A stretch of DNA of 64,000 bases, from the NCBI GenBank assembly GCA_002483445.1, contig DLHY01000109.1:48603-112602 (forward strand), written 5' to 3'. The notes beneath the pieces were generated by a model. The model was given only the letters and a program-made list of their open reading frames with translations, was not told where the DNA came from and did no database searches. Made by a program: the position numbers and the translations under genes. Every line of letters starts with the position of its first letter. Position 1 is the stretch's first letter. The stretch comes from Blastocatellia bacterium UBA7656 (GTDB taxonomy: Bacteria > Acidobacteriota > Blastocatellia > UBA7656). Shown piece after piece: positions 1 through 10,592 of the stretch.

Positions 1-35
1 TTGTCGTCGGACGCACAAGAGGCGGCGACGGAGAT

Positions 36-437
36 GTGAGCGACATCATCACCACTGCGCCCATATCTTTGCCAACCAGAGTTTCGATAGGCCCTGGCCA
101 GCGTCTGCGCTACAGCGACATTGTGGGGGTTGGTCTTGAGGAGGTCGAGGAACTGGCCTTTGATTTTGCCTGTGATCTTCCCCCCGGCTGGCAACTCAGG
201 TTTATGGACTCTCCTCCTGCCAATGATTATCCCGCAGCGATACTCTTCGAGGTGGAGGCGCGTCCCGGCGCTTACGAAGGTGAGATGGCCACACTGATAG
301 TGCGCACTTACAGGCAAGGCCGGGAGGATGTCCGATTGATGGTCGAAGAGAGCAGCTTTCAGTTCGCTGTGGGTTCCCAGCCGGCTTGCTGTGTGTGCAG
401 CGGTGATCAGGATCAATCGGCATCGAACTCCGCATGA
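36..437 (+). CDS. Hypothetical protein (133 aa)
   Basis: GTG start overlaps an upstream TGA (atGTGA); plausible composition; CCxC near the C-terminus; no family recognised. Confidence 0.5.
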   Translation: MSDIITTAPISLPTRVSIGPGQRLRYSDIVGVGLEEVEELAFDFACDLPPGWQLRFMDSPPANDYPAAILFEVEARPGAYEGEMATLIVRTYRQGREDVRLMVEESSFQFAVGSQPACCVCSGDQDQSASNSA

Positions 438-613
438 ACCAGATGCCGTTCGCTCGCTATTACTGATCCGCGCGGGCCGGGTTAGGCCATTGCAAAAGCG
501 TCCTCGCTGCAGCCAAATACATCACATCGAAAGTTGATGCCATCCTTGTGAGTCCTGTAGAATGAGGTCTTTGCTAATGACTCGGATTCTCATCTATCAG
601 GACTCATCTTTAG

Positions 614-3427
614 ATGGCTATAAACAAAATCACCATTCGCGGGGCGAGGCAGCATAACCTCAAGGATGTCTCTCTGGAAATTCCACGTAACTCTCTGGTC
701 GTCGTTACGGGACTGTCAGGCTCAGGCAAATCATCTCTCGCATTCGATACCATCTACGCCGAAGGTCAGCGCCGCTATGTTGAATCGCTTTCGGCCTACG
801 CCCGTCAGTTCCTCGATCAACTGGAAAAGCCCGACGTCGATGCTATCGAAGGACTCTCGCCCGCAATCTCCATCGAACAGAAGACCACGACTCGCAGCCC
901 GCGCTCTACGGTCGGAACGGTGACTGAAATTTATGACTACCTCAGATTGCTTTTCTCTTCGATAGGCGTGCCGCATTGTCACAAATGCTCCCGGCCCATC
1001 TCGCGGCAATCGATAGACCAGATCGTTCAGCAACTATCGACGCTCACGGAAGGCGAGCGCGTGATGATACTCGCTCCCCTTGTGCGCGGGCGCAAAGGCG
1101 AATTCAAAAAAGAGATCGAAAAGCTCTCGCGCTCAGGCTTCACGCGGGCGCGAATCGACGGCGAGATTCGTCAACTCGATGAAGAAATACGTCTCGACAA
1201 ACGGCGCAATCACACTATCGAAGTCGTCGTCGACCGACTGCTCATCAAGCAGGGCGTTCAGAAACGACTCGATGAATCCGTCCATCTGGCTGCCAAGCTC
1301 ACCGACGGGCTTGTGCTTGTATCGATCATCGATGGCGAGGAGCGACTCTATTCGGAAAAGATGGCCTGCCCCGACTGCGGCATCTCGGTTCCTCAACTTG
1401 AGCCGCGCTCTTTTTCATTCAACAGCCTCTACGGCGCGTGTCCTTCGTGTCACGGCCTCGGCACGCGAGATGAAATCGACCCTGCGCGCATAGTTCCCGA
1501 TCCATCGCTTCCCATAGATCAGCAGGACACTTTCCCCGCAGACAGCGCGCTCAACAACTATCTGCGCGATGTGATGAAATCTCTCGCCGAGCAATCAGGC
1601 ATCACGACCGACAGCCCCTTCGCATCTCTTACTCAAAAAGCGCAGGACGCATTTTTTCACGGGTCGAAAGAACGGCTCATGCTCAGGTATGGAGCCTACG
1701 AGTACAAAGCTGAATGGAAGGGAGCCATCGCTTACCTGAAAGACCGCGCCCTTTCGTCGAAGAATGAAAGCGCGATTTCTGCATTCGAAGCTTTGATCTC
1801 GCAGGTCACCTGCCCTGAGTGCGCAGGACGCAGGCTTCAGGCGGCATCGCTTGCAGTTCGAGTCGCGGGCAGCACTATTGCCGAATACACTGCCCTGCCG
1901 ATCTCTGAGGCTGTGGGCGCATTCGAGCGGATCGAACTCGACCGCCGCGAGGAAAAAATAGCCGGACTCATACTGCGCGAGATTCGCGACCGGCTGGGGT
2001 TTCTCGAAACTGTAGGCTTGGGTTACATCACGCTTGATCGCGCATCGTCGACGCTTTCAGGCGGCGAGGGCCAGCGCATCAGGCTCGCCACGCAAATAGG
2101 CTCGCAACTTCGCGGCGTGCTTTATGTGCTGGATGAACCTTCCATCGGCCTTCATCCGCGAGACAATCTCCAGTTGCTCGAAACGCTCGAACACCTGCGC
2201 GATCTGGGAAATACTGTGCTTGTCGTAGAGCATGACGAAGAGACTATTCGACGCGCCGATCATGTCATCGATCTCGGCCCCGGCGCGGGCGCGCATGGCG
2301 GATACCTCGTCGCTCAAGGCACGCCCGGTCAGATAGCCGCTTCAAAGGAATCGCTCACGGGCCGTTACATCGCGGGTGAGCTAAAGATAGAAATCCCCGC
2401 GACGCGACGCGCGCCCAACGGCAAGGCGGTCACGGTGCGCGGCGCGAGAGCCAACAACCTGAAAAATATCGATGCCATTTTCCCGCTCGGCATGTTCATC
2501 GTCGTCACGGGCGTGTCGGGGTCGGGCAAATCGACTCTCGTCGAAGACATTCTCTATCGCAGCCTTGCGCGCAAGCTATATCGCAGCCTCGACGAGCCGG
2601 GCGAGCATCGCGCCGTAGAAGGGCTGGAACACGTCGATAAAGTCATCGAGATAGATCAATCGCCCATCGGTCGCACGCCGCGCTCTAATCCTGCAACGTA
2701 CACGGGCGTGTTCACTCCGATCCGCGAGCTTTACGCGATGCTGCCTGAATCGCGCGAGCGCGGCTACAAGCCCGGGCGTTTTTCATTCAACGTCAAGGGA
2801 GGTCGCTGTGAAGCGTGTCAGGGCGACGGGATGAAGCGCATCGAGATGAATTTCCTGCCCGACGTGTATGTGCTGTGCGATGTATGCCGCGGCGCTCGCT
2901 ATAATCGCGAAACTCTTGCCGTCCGTTACAAATCGAAATCCATCGCCGAGCTTCTGGACACGACCGTTGAAGAATCTCTTGAGTTGTTGGAAAACATCCC
3001 GCAGATCAAAACGAAGGTTCAGACCTTGATCGATGTCGGGCTGGGTTATATCAAACTCGGGCAATCGGCGACTACGCTTTCAGGGGGCGAGGCGCAGCGG
3101 ATCAAACTGGCGAAAGAATTATCGAAGCGCGCGACGGGGCGCACCCTCTACATTCTCGACGAGCCTACGACGGGCCTGCACTTCGAGGACGTGCGCAAGC
3201 TTCTTGACGTGCTGCATCAACTCGTATCGCTTGGAAACACAGTGATCGTAGTCGAGCATAATCTCGACGTGATAAAGAGCGCGGACTGGATAATCGATCT
3301 CGGCCCTGAAGGTGGCGAAGACGGAGGAAGGGTCGTAGCTGAAGGCACGCCTGAAGAAGTGGCGCGATGCCGTCGGTCTTACACGGGTCAGGCTCTCCGC
3401 CCGCTCGTCAACGGACATCGCAAATAG
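614..3427 (+). CDS. uvrA: Excinuclease ABC subunit A
   Basis: Two ABC ATPase modules ([18 protein letters not shown]; LSGGE signatures; DEP Walker B) and CxxC zinc fingers; N-terminus GARQHNLK typical of UvrA. Confidence 0.98.
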   Translation: MAINKITIRGARQHNLKDVSLEIPRNSLVVVTGLSGSGKSSLAFDTIYAEGQRRYVESLSAYARQFLDQLEKPDVDAIEGLSPAISIEQKTTTRSPRSTVGTVTEIYDYLRLLFSSIGVPHCHKCSRPISRQSIDQIVQQLSTLTEGERVMILAPLVRGRKGEFKKEIEKLSRSGFTRARIDGEIRQLDEEIRLDKRRNHTIEVVVDRLLIKQGVQKRLDESVHLAAKLTDGLVLVSIIDGEERLYSEKMACPDCGISVPQLEPRSFSFNSLYGACPSCHGLGTRDEIDPARIVPDPSLPIDQQDTFPADSALNNYLRDVMKSLAEQSGITTDSPFASLTQKAQDAFFHGSKERLMLRYGAYEYKAEWKGAIAYLKDRALSSKNESAISAFEALISQVTCPECAGRRLQAASLAVRVAGSTIAEYTALPISEAVGAFERIELDRREEKIAGLILREIRDRLGFLETVGLGYITLDRASSTLSGGEGQRIRLATQIGSQLRGVLYVLDEPSIGLHPRDNLQLLETLEHLRDLGNTVLVVEHDEETIRRADHVIDLGPGAGAHGGYLVAQGTPGQIAASKESLTGRYIAGELKIEIPATRRAPNGKAVTVRGARANNLKNIDAIFPLGMFIVVTGVSGSGKSTLVEDILYRSLARKLYRSLDEPGEHRAVEGLEHVDKVIEIDQSPIGRTPRSNPATYTGVFTPIRELYAMLPESRERGYKPGRFSFNVKGGRCEACQGDGMKRIEMNFLPDVYVLCDVCRGARYNRETLAVRYKSKSIAELLDTTVEESLELLENIPQIKTKVQTLIDVGLGYIKLGQSATTLSGGEAQRIKLAKELSKRATGRTLYILDEPTTGLHFEDVRKLLDVLHQLVSLGNTVIVVEHNLDVIKSADWIIDLGPEGGEDGGRVVAEGTPEEVARCRRSYTGQALRPLVNGHRK

Positions 3428-3456
3428 AGCGAATGCTGATATAATCGAATTCGATT

Positions 3457-3690
3457 ATGCAAACCTTTGATCGAATAACCGTCAATCCAGCGCGCATGAA
3501 CGGCCAGCCCTGCATTCGCGATCTGCGGCTAACGGTCAAACGAGTGGTCGAGGCCGTATCGATTTACCCCGACCGGCAGGAATTGAAGCGCGAATATCCG
3601 GAGCTTGAAGATGAAGACATCAGACAGGCTCTCGCTTACGCGGCTGCCGTGCTGGAAGATAAAGCGATTGAATTGCCCGCTGTTCTGTGA
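3457..3690 (+). CDS. DUF433 family antitoxin-like protein
   Basis: ITVNPARMNGQPCIRDLR...YPELEDEDIRQALAYAA is the DUF433 pattern; TGATATAAT -10 element just upstream. Confidence 0.9.
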   Translation: MQTFDRITVNPARMNGQPCIRDLRLTVKRVVEAVSIYPDRQELKREYPELEDEDIRQALAYAAAVLEDKAIELPAVL

Positions 3691-3736
3691 GATTTTGGCT
3701 GCTCACTGCACACCTGTACACAACCCGCGATAACCT

Positions 3737-4450
3737 TCAACTACAGGCCCAGCCGAAGGCGAGTTGATCTTTGTGAGTTCTGCATTGAGTGATGTGGCCG
3801 CAGCCCACATCACCGAACATATAAGGAAGATTGTCTTCCGAATCGATTTGAAAAACGAGCCTCATCCTCTCGCCGCAAGTCGGGCAGTCAGGATACTCGA
3901 CACCCTGAACCCAATGCGGCCAGCCGCCAAGCTTGTCGCCCGCTCGCGGAAACTCCTGCTCGCTCCACTCGTCGCTTTCTTCTTCGGTCAACTCAACGCC
4001 CTGCTCTTCGATCTCCTCATAATTCGGATAATCGTCGACTTCCTTCCACCCCGTGATGAGCTTAGGAGGGAAGCGACCTTCTATTTCAGGAATCTCGATC
4101 CTGCCCGCGTTGCCCGTGAGTTGAATGATTCTCAAAAGCGCGCTTTTAGCAAACGGGAAGTAAGCCTCGCATTGATCTTCGCACAACGGGTTGGCACTGG
4201 TGCAATAAAACATTTGAAGAATGCCTTTCCCAAATTCTCCACGCGCAGGATCGGGCAGTTTATCAAGGTTGAGTTGAAGAAAAAGCTGCATCGGCTTGCC
4301 GCAGTTCGGGCAAGCAGGCCACGTCTGTCCCTCTGCAAGAAAAGGCGTGCCTGAAAACTTTGACGCAGCCGGTTCTCCGTCGCCCTCTTCCACTATCGGA
4401 ATCCATGCCTTTCGCGCGAGCGGCTGAATGTTTGAAGGAATATCTTTCAT
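3737..4450 (-). CDS. DUF1963/YwqG family protein
   Basis: SKFSGTP, WPACPNCGKPMQLFLQLNL, GDKLGGWPHWVQ, LVFQIDS, MFGDVG motifs; start moved to ATG 4450 with GAGGAG RBS. Confidence 0.8.
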   Translation of the reverse strand: MKDIPSNIQPLARKAWIPIVEEGDGEPAASKFSGTPFLAEGQTWPACPNCGKPMQLFLQLNLDKLPDPARGEFGKGILQMFYCTSANPLCEDQCEAYFPFAKSALLRIIQLTGNAGRIEIPEIEGRFPPKLITGWKEVDDYPNYEEIEEQGVELTEEESDEWSEQEFPRAGDKLGGWPHWVQGVEYPDCPTCGERMRLVFQIDSEDNLPYMFGDVGCGHITQCRTHKDQLAFGWACS

Positions 4451-4470
4451 GTCTATTCTCCTCTTCCGAG

Positions 4471-4497
4471 GTAGCGCAAGCTGGCAGCTTGCGCTAC
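4471..4497. repeat. REP-like palindrome (GTAG type)
   Basis: GTAGCGCAAGCT-GGC-AGCTTGCGCTAC, a perfect 12-bp stem; same CTGGCAG core recurs at 41497-41574 and 56610-56700. Confidence 0.75.
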
Positions 4498-4598
4498 AGG
4501 GTTGCTGAAATTTCGCAGCGTTCGAGTTTATCGCCGCGCCCGGCGATAAGCAAAGCGTTGCCTGTGTCTGCAATGCGCAGATATACTAACCCGCGACG

Positions 4599-5180
4599 AT
4601 GAAAGAACGCATTCAACAGATCGCAAAAGACAGTCTGGAAACAAAGAAAAAGTTTTTCGACTCTCACTCGGACGAAGTAGCCCGCGCGGCAGAGTTGATT
4701 CTCGATTCTATTCGCAAGGGCGGAAAAGTTCTCCTCTTCGGCAACGGAGGCTCGGCGGCTGATGCTCAACATATCGCAGCAGAACTGGTCAATCGCCTCA
4801 ACTATGACCGCCCGCCTATCGCGGCCATCGCGCTCACGACTGATAGCTCGATTCTGACTTCCGTCGGAAACGATTCGTCATTCGAAGAACTCTTTGAAAG
4901 GCAGTTGCGCGCTCTGGGGCGGGCGGGCGATGTGGCCATAGCGATTTCGACGAGCGGCAACTCGCCAAACGCGCTTGCGGCAGTTCGGGCCGCGCGTGAG
5001 ATGGGAATAAAAACCGTCGCGCTCACGGGCCGTGACGGCGGAAAGATCGCACCCCTGGTCGATGTCGCGTTGACGGTCGAGGCCGCTTCGACGCAGCGCA
5101 TTCAGGAGACGCACATAACCATAGGCCATATACTGTGCGAACTGATCGAAGAAGAACTTTATCCCAAAAACGGAAAATGA
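4599..5180 (+). CDS. gmhA: D-sedoheptulose-7-phosphate isomerase
   Basis: GNGGSAADAQHIAAEL, STSGNSPN, IQETHITIGHILC SIS-domain motifs. Confidence 0.95.
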   Translation: MKERIQQIAKDSLETKKKFFDSHSDEVARAAELILDSIRKGGKVLLFGNGGSAADAQHIAAELVNRLNYDRPPIAAIALTTDSSILTSVGNDSSFEELFERQLRALGRAGDVAIAISTSGNSPNALAAVRAAREMGIKTVALTGRDGGKIAPLVDVALTVEAASTQRIQETHITIGHILCELIEEELYPKNGK

Positions 5181-5181
5181 A

Positions 5182-6129
5182 ATGTCGCGTTACCGTTTCT
5201 CTCCTCTCGATATTTCGGGCCTTGCAACCTATCCGCTGGCCTCGCGAGAAAGCAAAGTGACGGCGGATGATTTCGCGCGCCCCGCGGCAAAGGATTCATC
5301 GCTCAAAGAGTTTCTCGACTCGCTGCCCGATATACTTGCCGCCCGCGACCTGCGCGCGCTCGCCGCGTTGATTCGCGAAGCGCGCAGGTTGAATCGAGCG
5401 ATCATCATTGGATTGGGCGGACACGTTATTAAAACCGGCTTGAGTCCCGTGCTGATCGATCTTATGAAAAGAGGATTTGTGACTGCGTTTGCGATGAACG
5501 GCTCGGCGATGATTCACGATTTCGAAATCGCGATGGTCGGCGCGACCTCTGAAGATGTTGACGCAACTTTAGGATCAGGCAGCTTCGGAATGGCTGAAGA
5601 GACGGGCCGCATAATCAACGAAGCCATCAATGCGGGCGCAAGCGAGCAACTAGGAATGGGCGAATCAATCGGGCGGCGTCTTTTTGAAATGCAGACGGCG
5701 CACAAAGAAAAATCGATTCTCCATTCAGCTTATGAAGCGCAGGTGCCTGTGACGGTTCACGTCGCGATAGGAACCGACATCATTCACATTCATCGATGTG
5801 CGGATGGCGCGGCTACGGGACAGACCTCGCTTCAGGATTTCCGACTGCTTTGTTCTATCGTGAGCGAACTCGACAGGGGCGGAGTTTATCTCAATCTCGG
5901 CTCTGCGGTGTTGCTGCCGGAAGTTTTTTTGAAGACGGTGACGGTAGTGAGAAATCTCGGCCACGCGCTTGCGGATTTCGCGACGGCGAATTTCGATTTC
6001 ATCCAGCACTATCGCCCCGTGACGAACGTCGTTCGTCGGCCTGTTGCGGGAAGCGGGCGGGGATTTTCCATCACCGGCCATCACGAAATCATGATCCCGA
6101 TGCTTGCGGCTTTGATTCTCAGCGAATAA
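5182..6129 (+). CDS. Conserved protein with deoxyhypusine-synthase-like fold
   Basis: GGHVIKTG, IHDFEIA, VTVHVAIGTDIIH, NLGSAVLLPEVFLK, GHHEIMIP motifs; starts 1 nt after gmhA. Confidence 0.7.
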   Translation: MSRYRFSPLDISGLATYPLASRESKVTADDFARPAAKDSSLKEFLDSLPDILAARDLRALAALIREARRLNRAIIIGLGGHVIKTGLSPVLIDLMKRGFVTAFAMNGSAMIHDFEIAMVGATSEDVDATLGSGSFGMAEETGRIINEAINAGASEQLGMGESIGRRLFEMQTAHKEKSILHSAYEAQVPVTVHVAIGTDIIHIHRCADGAATGQTSLQDFRLLCSIVSELDRGGVYLNLGSAVLLPEVFLKTVTVVRNLGHALADFATANFDFIQHYRPVTNVVRRPVAGSGRGFSITGHHEIMIPMLAALILSE

Positions 6130-6143
6130 AAATGACGTAAACG

Positions 6144-6557
6144 CTAATCTGAGATGGGCCAGTTGACGATGTTTATTTGATTCTCGCGAACACCGTAGTA
6201 CTTTATTCGACGATGATCGGCCAGAATGACTTTGCCCATGCGCGCGTTTCTGGTTTTGAATTCAGCCAATCTGAACAGAAGGCGAAGCCAATGGGGGAGT
6301 TCATTGACGGATTCGACAGTGAGCTTCAAGCACACGATACAATAAGCCGGGTTCGCCGGGACTCGACGCCAGAAGTCTATATGATTGATGGTGATGAATG
6401 TTGGCTGTTTGACTCTTTGCAGCAATGAGGGAACAGCTTCATCTTTGATGACAGTTCCCGGACGCAGATCGTTTATGAAAATCACTGTTCCACGATACCA
6501 GCGCGAGATAGCTTCTTTCAGTTCCAGTCCTTTCAAATGTTCGTCAAGGACTATCAT
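6144..6557 (-). CDS. PIN-like putative toxin (DUF5615/VapC45-like)
   Basis: MIVLDEHL N-terminus, DEAVP, TFITINHIDF; start overlaps the DUF433 stop (ATGA). Confidence 0.65.
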   Translation of the reverse strand: MIVLDEHLKGLELKEAISRWYRGTVIFINDLRPGTVIKDEAVPSLLQRVKQPTFITINHIDFWRRVPANPAYCIVCLKLTVESVNELPHWLRLLFRLAEFKTRNARMGKVILADHRRIKYYGVRENQINIVNWPISD

Positions 6558-6874
6558 GCATGTTTGGCCAGCTTTTCTCCGTCGCGATCAAACAGGCGCG
6601 CAGCAAGTTCAAGAGCCTCCTGAACGGCTTCGACCGGAATTTCATATCCGCGCGCTACCTGTTTGATGGAGCGACCGGATGCAAGCAGATTCAATGCGTG
6701 TCGAACATCGATGCGAGTGTATTTGAATGTGGGCCGCCCTCCGCAGATTCCCGGCGCGGAAACTATGTGCTGACCAATCGGATAATATTCGTAAGGCTCT
6801 CCGCCGATGATTTCTCGCGATAGTTTTCTCGATGCGTTTCTCACTGCCTTCACACCTCGCAGCCATCTTATCAA
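6554..6874 (-). CDS. DUF433 family antitoxin (true start may be downstream, e.g. GTG 6844)
   Basis: IVSAPGICGGRPTFKYTRIDV...AVQEALELA. Confidence 0.85.
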   Translation of the reverse strand: MIRWLRGVKAVRNASRKLSREIIGGEPYEYYPIGQHIVSAPGICGGRPTFKYTRIDVRHALNLLASGRSIKQVARGYEIPVEAVQEALELAARLFDRDGEKLAKHA

Positions 6875-6879
6875 CCGGC

Positions 6880-7020
6880 TTCGATTTCATCCAGCACTAT
6901 CGCCCCGTGACGAACGTAGTGCGGCGGCCAGTTGAGGGAAGCGGTCGCGGATTTTCCATAACGGGCCATCACGAAATCATGATCCCGATGCTTGTGGCTT
7001 TGATTCTCGCCGAAGATTGA
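6880..7020 (+). pseudogene. Displaced 3' end of the 5182-6129 gene
   Basis: Encodes FDFIQHYRPVTNVVRRPVEGSGRGFSITGHHEIMIPMLVALILAED*, matching the C-terminus of the 5182-6129 product. Confidence 0.9.
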
Positions 7021-7051
7021 AAAGGGATAAATCAGTCTGAATCGATAGCAG

Positions 7052-7101
7052 TGACGCCCGGATGAGGCTTTGGGAATTCGAAGGACGCCATCCGGGCGTC
7101 A
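7052..7101. terminator. 13-bp perfect inverted repeat between convergent units (possible terminator)
   Basis: TGACGCCCGGATG ... CATCCGGGCGTCA; 24-nt loop and no clear T-run. Confidence 0.45.
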
Positions 7102-7117
7102 TTAGTCGTATCATCGA

Positions 7118-7327
7118 CTACTTGCGTCCTCCAATGCAGGCTAGATACTCGAAGAGGCATTCCTGGGGATCACGCCCGCTCGTCAGGCAGGAATGATATT
7201 CGTCAAGGCAGAAGTCTGTCGCCTTGGAATCCTGAGCTTTTGCGGCTGGAGAGAGTATGCCCGGCAGAGTGAGCAGCATAAATGCTCCCGCCAGAAAGAT
7301 CATGCGTAGAAACATCTTTCTTTTCAT
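7118..7327 (-). CDS. Small secreted Cys-rich protein (69 aa)
   Basis: GGAGGA RBS before ATG 7327; signal peptide ending AKA; two CX6C motifs. Confidence 0.7.
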   Translation of the reverse strand: MKRKMFLRMIFLAGAFMLLTLPGILSPAAKAQDSKATDFCLDEYHSCLTSGRDPQECLFEYLACIGGRK

Positions 7328-7463
7328 TTTATCCTCCATAAGGATATAGCTACTGGCCTGCATCCAACAAAACAGGCCATCAAAAACTCGCAGGGGCAGA
7401 GGAAAGTATTCGTCTTTCAGCCACGACCCGAAAGCGTCGGCAACCTCGATTGCTCGTCGTCGG

Positions 7464-8369
7464 CTAGAGGGGTCTTTGATTCTCTTTGCCGGCTATGCGA
7501 TACACGTTAGGGAAAATGCTCCGGATACTCGCTTTCGCGGGGCTGAGGTTTTCTGCCTGCCCCACGAAAAAGTACCCCGAAGAGGAGAGGTGACCGAGCA
7601 ACCGGGCGATCACTCTCGACCTGGAAGCTTCATCGAAATATATGAGCACGTTTCGGCATAAGATCATATCGAACCGTCCCGGCACGCTGTATGTCTCGTC
7701 GTTGAGATTTACACGTAGCCAGCGAATCACGTCGCGCAGATCGCGCGAGGCCATCATCTTTCCCTCCTGGCTGCGCCTGCCGCGGAGCATGAATGTCTTC
7801 AGATACTCCGGCGGAATCTCGTCGGCTTTTTCAATGCCCCAGGTAGCCGCTCGCGCCTCATCGAGCGCGCGAGTCGAGATGTCTGTCGCCAGCACCTCGA
7901 TCTCCCATCCCGCTGATGGCTGAAGATGATGCAACAATGTCATGGCTATCGAATAAGGCTCTTCCCCCGTCGAGCAGGCGGCGCTCCATACCCTGACGCG
8001 GCGCGGCCTGCGCCCGACTTCCGACTGAGACACCCATTCGGGGATGATATGCCGTTTGATGAAGTCGAACTGTTGAGGCTCGCGAAAAAAACGAGTCTCG
8101 TTCGTGCAGATACTATCGATGAGGCGGATTCGCTCTTCCTCATCATTTGGGGCGACCACGCGCCGGTAATAAGCTCCGAAAGATTCGAGTCGCAACTCCC
8201 TGAGTCGCCGCGCAAGCCGCGCCACCAGCAAAGTCTTCTTCGCATCGGACAGGTATATTCCGGTCTCGCGATGAATCAACGCCTGGAACAGGCGGAATTC
8301 CTGGTCTGTGATGGCAGGCACAGCGCTCGGACGGGGATAAAAGAATGAATTCAATGCGAAGTCGCTCAT
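7464..8369 (-). CDS. cheR: Chemotaxis protein-glutamate methyltransferase
   Basis: TNETRFFRE, VWSAACSTGEEPYS, ATDIS, FDMILCRNVLIYFD. Confidence 0.95.
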   Translation of the reverse strand: MSDFALNSFFYPRPSAVPAITDQEFRLFQALIHRETGIYLSDAKKTLLVARLARRLRELRLESFGAYYRRVVAPNDEEERIRLIDSICTNETRFFREPQQFDFIKRHIIPEWVSQSEVGRRPRRVRVWSAACSTGEEPYSIAMTLLHHLQPSAGWEIEVLATDISTRALDEARAATWGIEKADEIPPEYLKTFMLRGRRSQEGKMMASRDLRDVIRWLRVNLNDETYSVPGRFDMILCRNVLIYFDEASRSRVIARLLGHLSSSGYFFVGQAENLSPAKASIRSIFPNVYRIAGKENQRPL

Positions 8370-8392
8370 GTTTTACAGTATTCCTTTGCCGG

Positions 8393-8920
8393 TCAGTAAG
8401 CAGGCATCGCAGGAGTAGAGAGACTGGCTTCCTCAGTTTGAAGCGAGCAGACAGTCAGCAGTTCATCAATGGACAGCACTCGATCAACGTCGAGTATCAA
8501 CACAAACCTGTTGTCGAGCTTGCCCATCCCCAGCAGGTAATCCACGCGTATTCGCGTTCCGAAGGCCGGGGGCGGCTCTATCTCCCGGTCTGCTATCTCG
8601 ATCACCTGACTGACGGCGTCGACGATGATTCCCATCATAGTAGGCTCTCCCTCCAGGTCTACCTCGACCAACACTATGCACGCCCAGCGGGTCAGGGCAG
8701 TCTCGGCGAGACTGAACTTCACCGCTAGGTCTACGACCGGCACGACGATGCCTCTGAGGTTCATCAGCCCTCGCATACAGGGAGGCATAGTGGGAAGTCT
8801 GGTTATGTGGCCGCACTCTACGACCTCTTTCACCCGAGGTATAGGAATCGCGTATTCCTCGCCTGCCATATAAAAGCCGAGATATACGGTCTGATCGACA
8901 GGTTCATTGATCTCCTCCAT
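8393..8920 (-). CDS. cheW: Chemotaxis coupling protein
   Basis: EEYAIPI..VKEV, GLMNLRGIVVPVVDL, GIIVDAVSQV. Confidence 0.95.
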   Translation of the reverse strand: MEEINEPVDQTVYLGFYMAGEEYAIPIPRVKEVVECGHITRLPTMPPCMRGLMNLRGIVVPVVDLAVKFSLAETALTRWACIVLVEVDLEGEPTMMGIIVDAVSQVIEIADREIEPPPAFGTRIRVDYLLGMGKLDNRFVLILDVDRVLSIDELLTVCSLQTEEASLSTPAMPAY

Positions 8921-8934
8921 GTCCCGCTCCTCTA

Positions 8935-10569
8935 TCAGAACCTCTGAAAATCGCGCTCGTCCGCATCGCTGACCGAACGTCTGCCATTACCCGAAAGACG
9001 AGATCGCGCAGGCGAATTGAAATGGTGAGATTGCTGCAAGACGCTCGCGGTTATTTTGCGCAAATCCCGTTCTGTCGAAACATTGTGACTGCGCTCAACC
9101 CTGACCGCGTCTGTGCAGAAGAAGTCCATCAACTGCTGGAGTTTGCGCGCCTGCATCTCCATCTCTTCAGCCGTACTCGACAGTTCTTCGGATGCCGAGG
9201 CGTTGCGCTGGGTCACATGGTCTATCAACCCCATGACTTTGTTTATCTGGGCCACTCCGAGGGCCTGCTCATTGGAAGCGGTGGCGACTTCGCGGACCAG
9301 ATCGGTCGTCTTTCTTATGGACGGGACCAATTCCGTCAGAAGCCTCCCCGACCGCTCGGCAATCTGAACGCTTGAGGCTGATTGTTTGATTATGTCCTTT
9401 GCGGCTTCGCGGCTGCGCTCGGCAAGCCTTCTCACCTCCGCAGCCACCACGGCAAATCCCTTTCCCTGCTCTCCGGCGCGCGCGGCCTCGATTGCCGCAT
9501 TCAGCGCCAGCAGGTTTGTCTGATAGGCAATCTCCTCTATGATCGAGACCTTCTCGGCTATGGCCTTCATGACATCGACGGTTTCCGTGACCACCTTCGC
9601 GCTCTCTTCGGCAGCCTCGGCTCCTCTGAAAGCCATCTGCTCCATGTTCCGGCTGTTTTCGGCAGTCTGGTTGATCGAGGCGACCATCTGCTCCAAACTG
9701 GCCGTCGTCTCCTCGACGCTGGCGGCCTGCTCGCAGGTGTCTTTCGATAGACCCTGAGACGTGGCCGACACCTGGGCCGAAGCCGCTGAGAGAGCGTCGG
9801 CCTCAGCTATGACCTCAGCTATGACCTGAGAGAATTTTTGTGACATGTCCCTCATAGCTGCAAGCAACTGTCCGCTCTCATCCGTCGAGGTCGCTTCAAT
9901 CTTTGCTGACAGGTTTCCCTGGGCCAGCAGGTTGGCGGCTTCTACCGCCTCCTTCAATGGCCCGGTGACTGCGCGGGTGATGTAAGCGGAGGCGATGATG
10001 AGCACTGACAGGCACAGGATTATGATCGCCGTCATCAGGAGGGTCGTAGTCTGTTGAGACCTTCGGGTCGCGCTGAATGCGGACGCCACTTCATCCTTGC
10101 TCCGGTTGGAATTCGAGGTGAGCTTTGCGCTGATCGTGGCATGAATCGCATTCATCTGATCCATGGCCCGACTCAGTTCTTCCCCGGTCTCGCCGTTGAT
10201 GAGCCTCAACGTAGACTGGCGGGCCTGACTGTAATACTTCTGCATTTCGAGCCTGATCTGCTCAAGGTCTTCTGACCTGTTTCCATCCAATCGTCGCAGA
10301 AACCTGTCGGCCAGCGCGTCGGTTTCAGACAGAATGCGGGTATCACCAGCAGCGCCGCCATACTCCAATTGCCGGTGAATCCCCGTGAGCATATCTTCCA
10401 GGTCCTTGTTCAATTCGAGCGAGGGATAGTAATCGGTTTCGACCAGCGTAAGGAGCCTTTCATTCTTCTTGCCCACTACGAGGGCGACGAGAAGTACGAG
10501 TAGGAATCCCGTCGCCGCCAGCGATTGCAGGAGAAGTATCTTGTGCTTGAATCTCAGGTTCTTGAACAT
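8935..10569 (-). CDS. Methyl-accepting chemotaxis protein
   Basis: Two TM helices flanking a helical periplasmic domain, [34 protein letters not shown] hairpin; C-terminal DFQRF pentapeptide. Confidence 0.95.
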   Translation of the reverse strand: MFKNLRFKHKILLLQSLAATGFLLVLLVALVVGKKNERLLTLVETDYYPSLELNKDLEDMLTGIHRQLEYGGAAGDTRILSETDALADRFLRRLDGNRSEDLEQIRLEMQKYYSQARQSTLRLINGETGEELSRAMDQMNAIHATISAKLTSNSNRSKDEVASAFSATRRSQQTTTLLMTAIIILCLSVLIIASAYITRAVTGPLKEAVEAANLLAQGNLSAKIEATSTDESGQLLAAMRDMSQKFSQVIAEVIAEADALSAASAQVSATSQGLSKDTCEQAASVEETTASLEQMVASINQTAENSRNMEQMAFRGAEAAEESAKVVTETVDVMKAIAEKVSIIEEIAYQTNLLALNAAIEAARAGEQGKGFAVVAAEVRRLAERSREAAKDIIKQSASSVQIAERSGRLLTELVPSIRKTTDLVREVATASNEQALGVAQINKVMGLIDHVTQRNASASEELSSTAEEMEMQARKLQQLMDFFCTDAVRVERSHNVSTERDLRKITASVLQQSHHFNSPARSRLSGNGRRSVSDADERDFQRF

Positions 10570-10592
10570 AGATGCCCCTTAAAGGGTCGAAA

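Larger units (their letters stand above)
5992..7008 (+). repeat. 129-bp imperfect direct repeat (5992-6120 and 6880-7008) bracketing a TA pair
   Basis: Manual alignment: 119/129 identical, first 38 bp identical, 8 of 10 mismatches synonymous. Confidence 0.95.
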
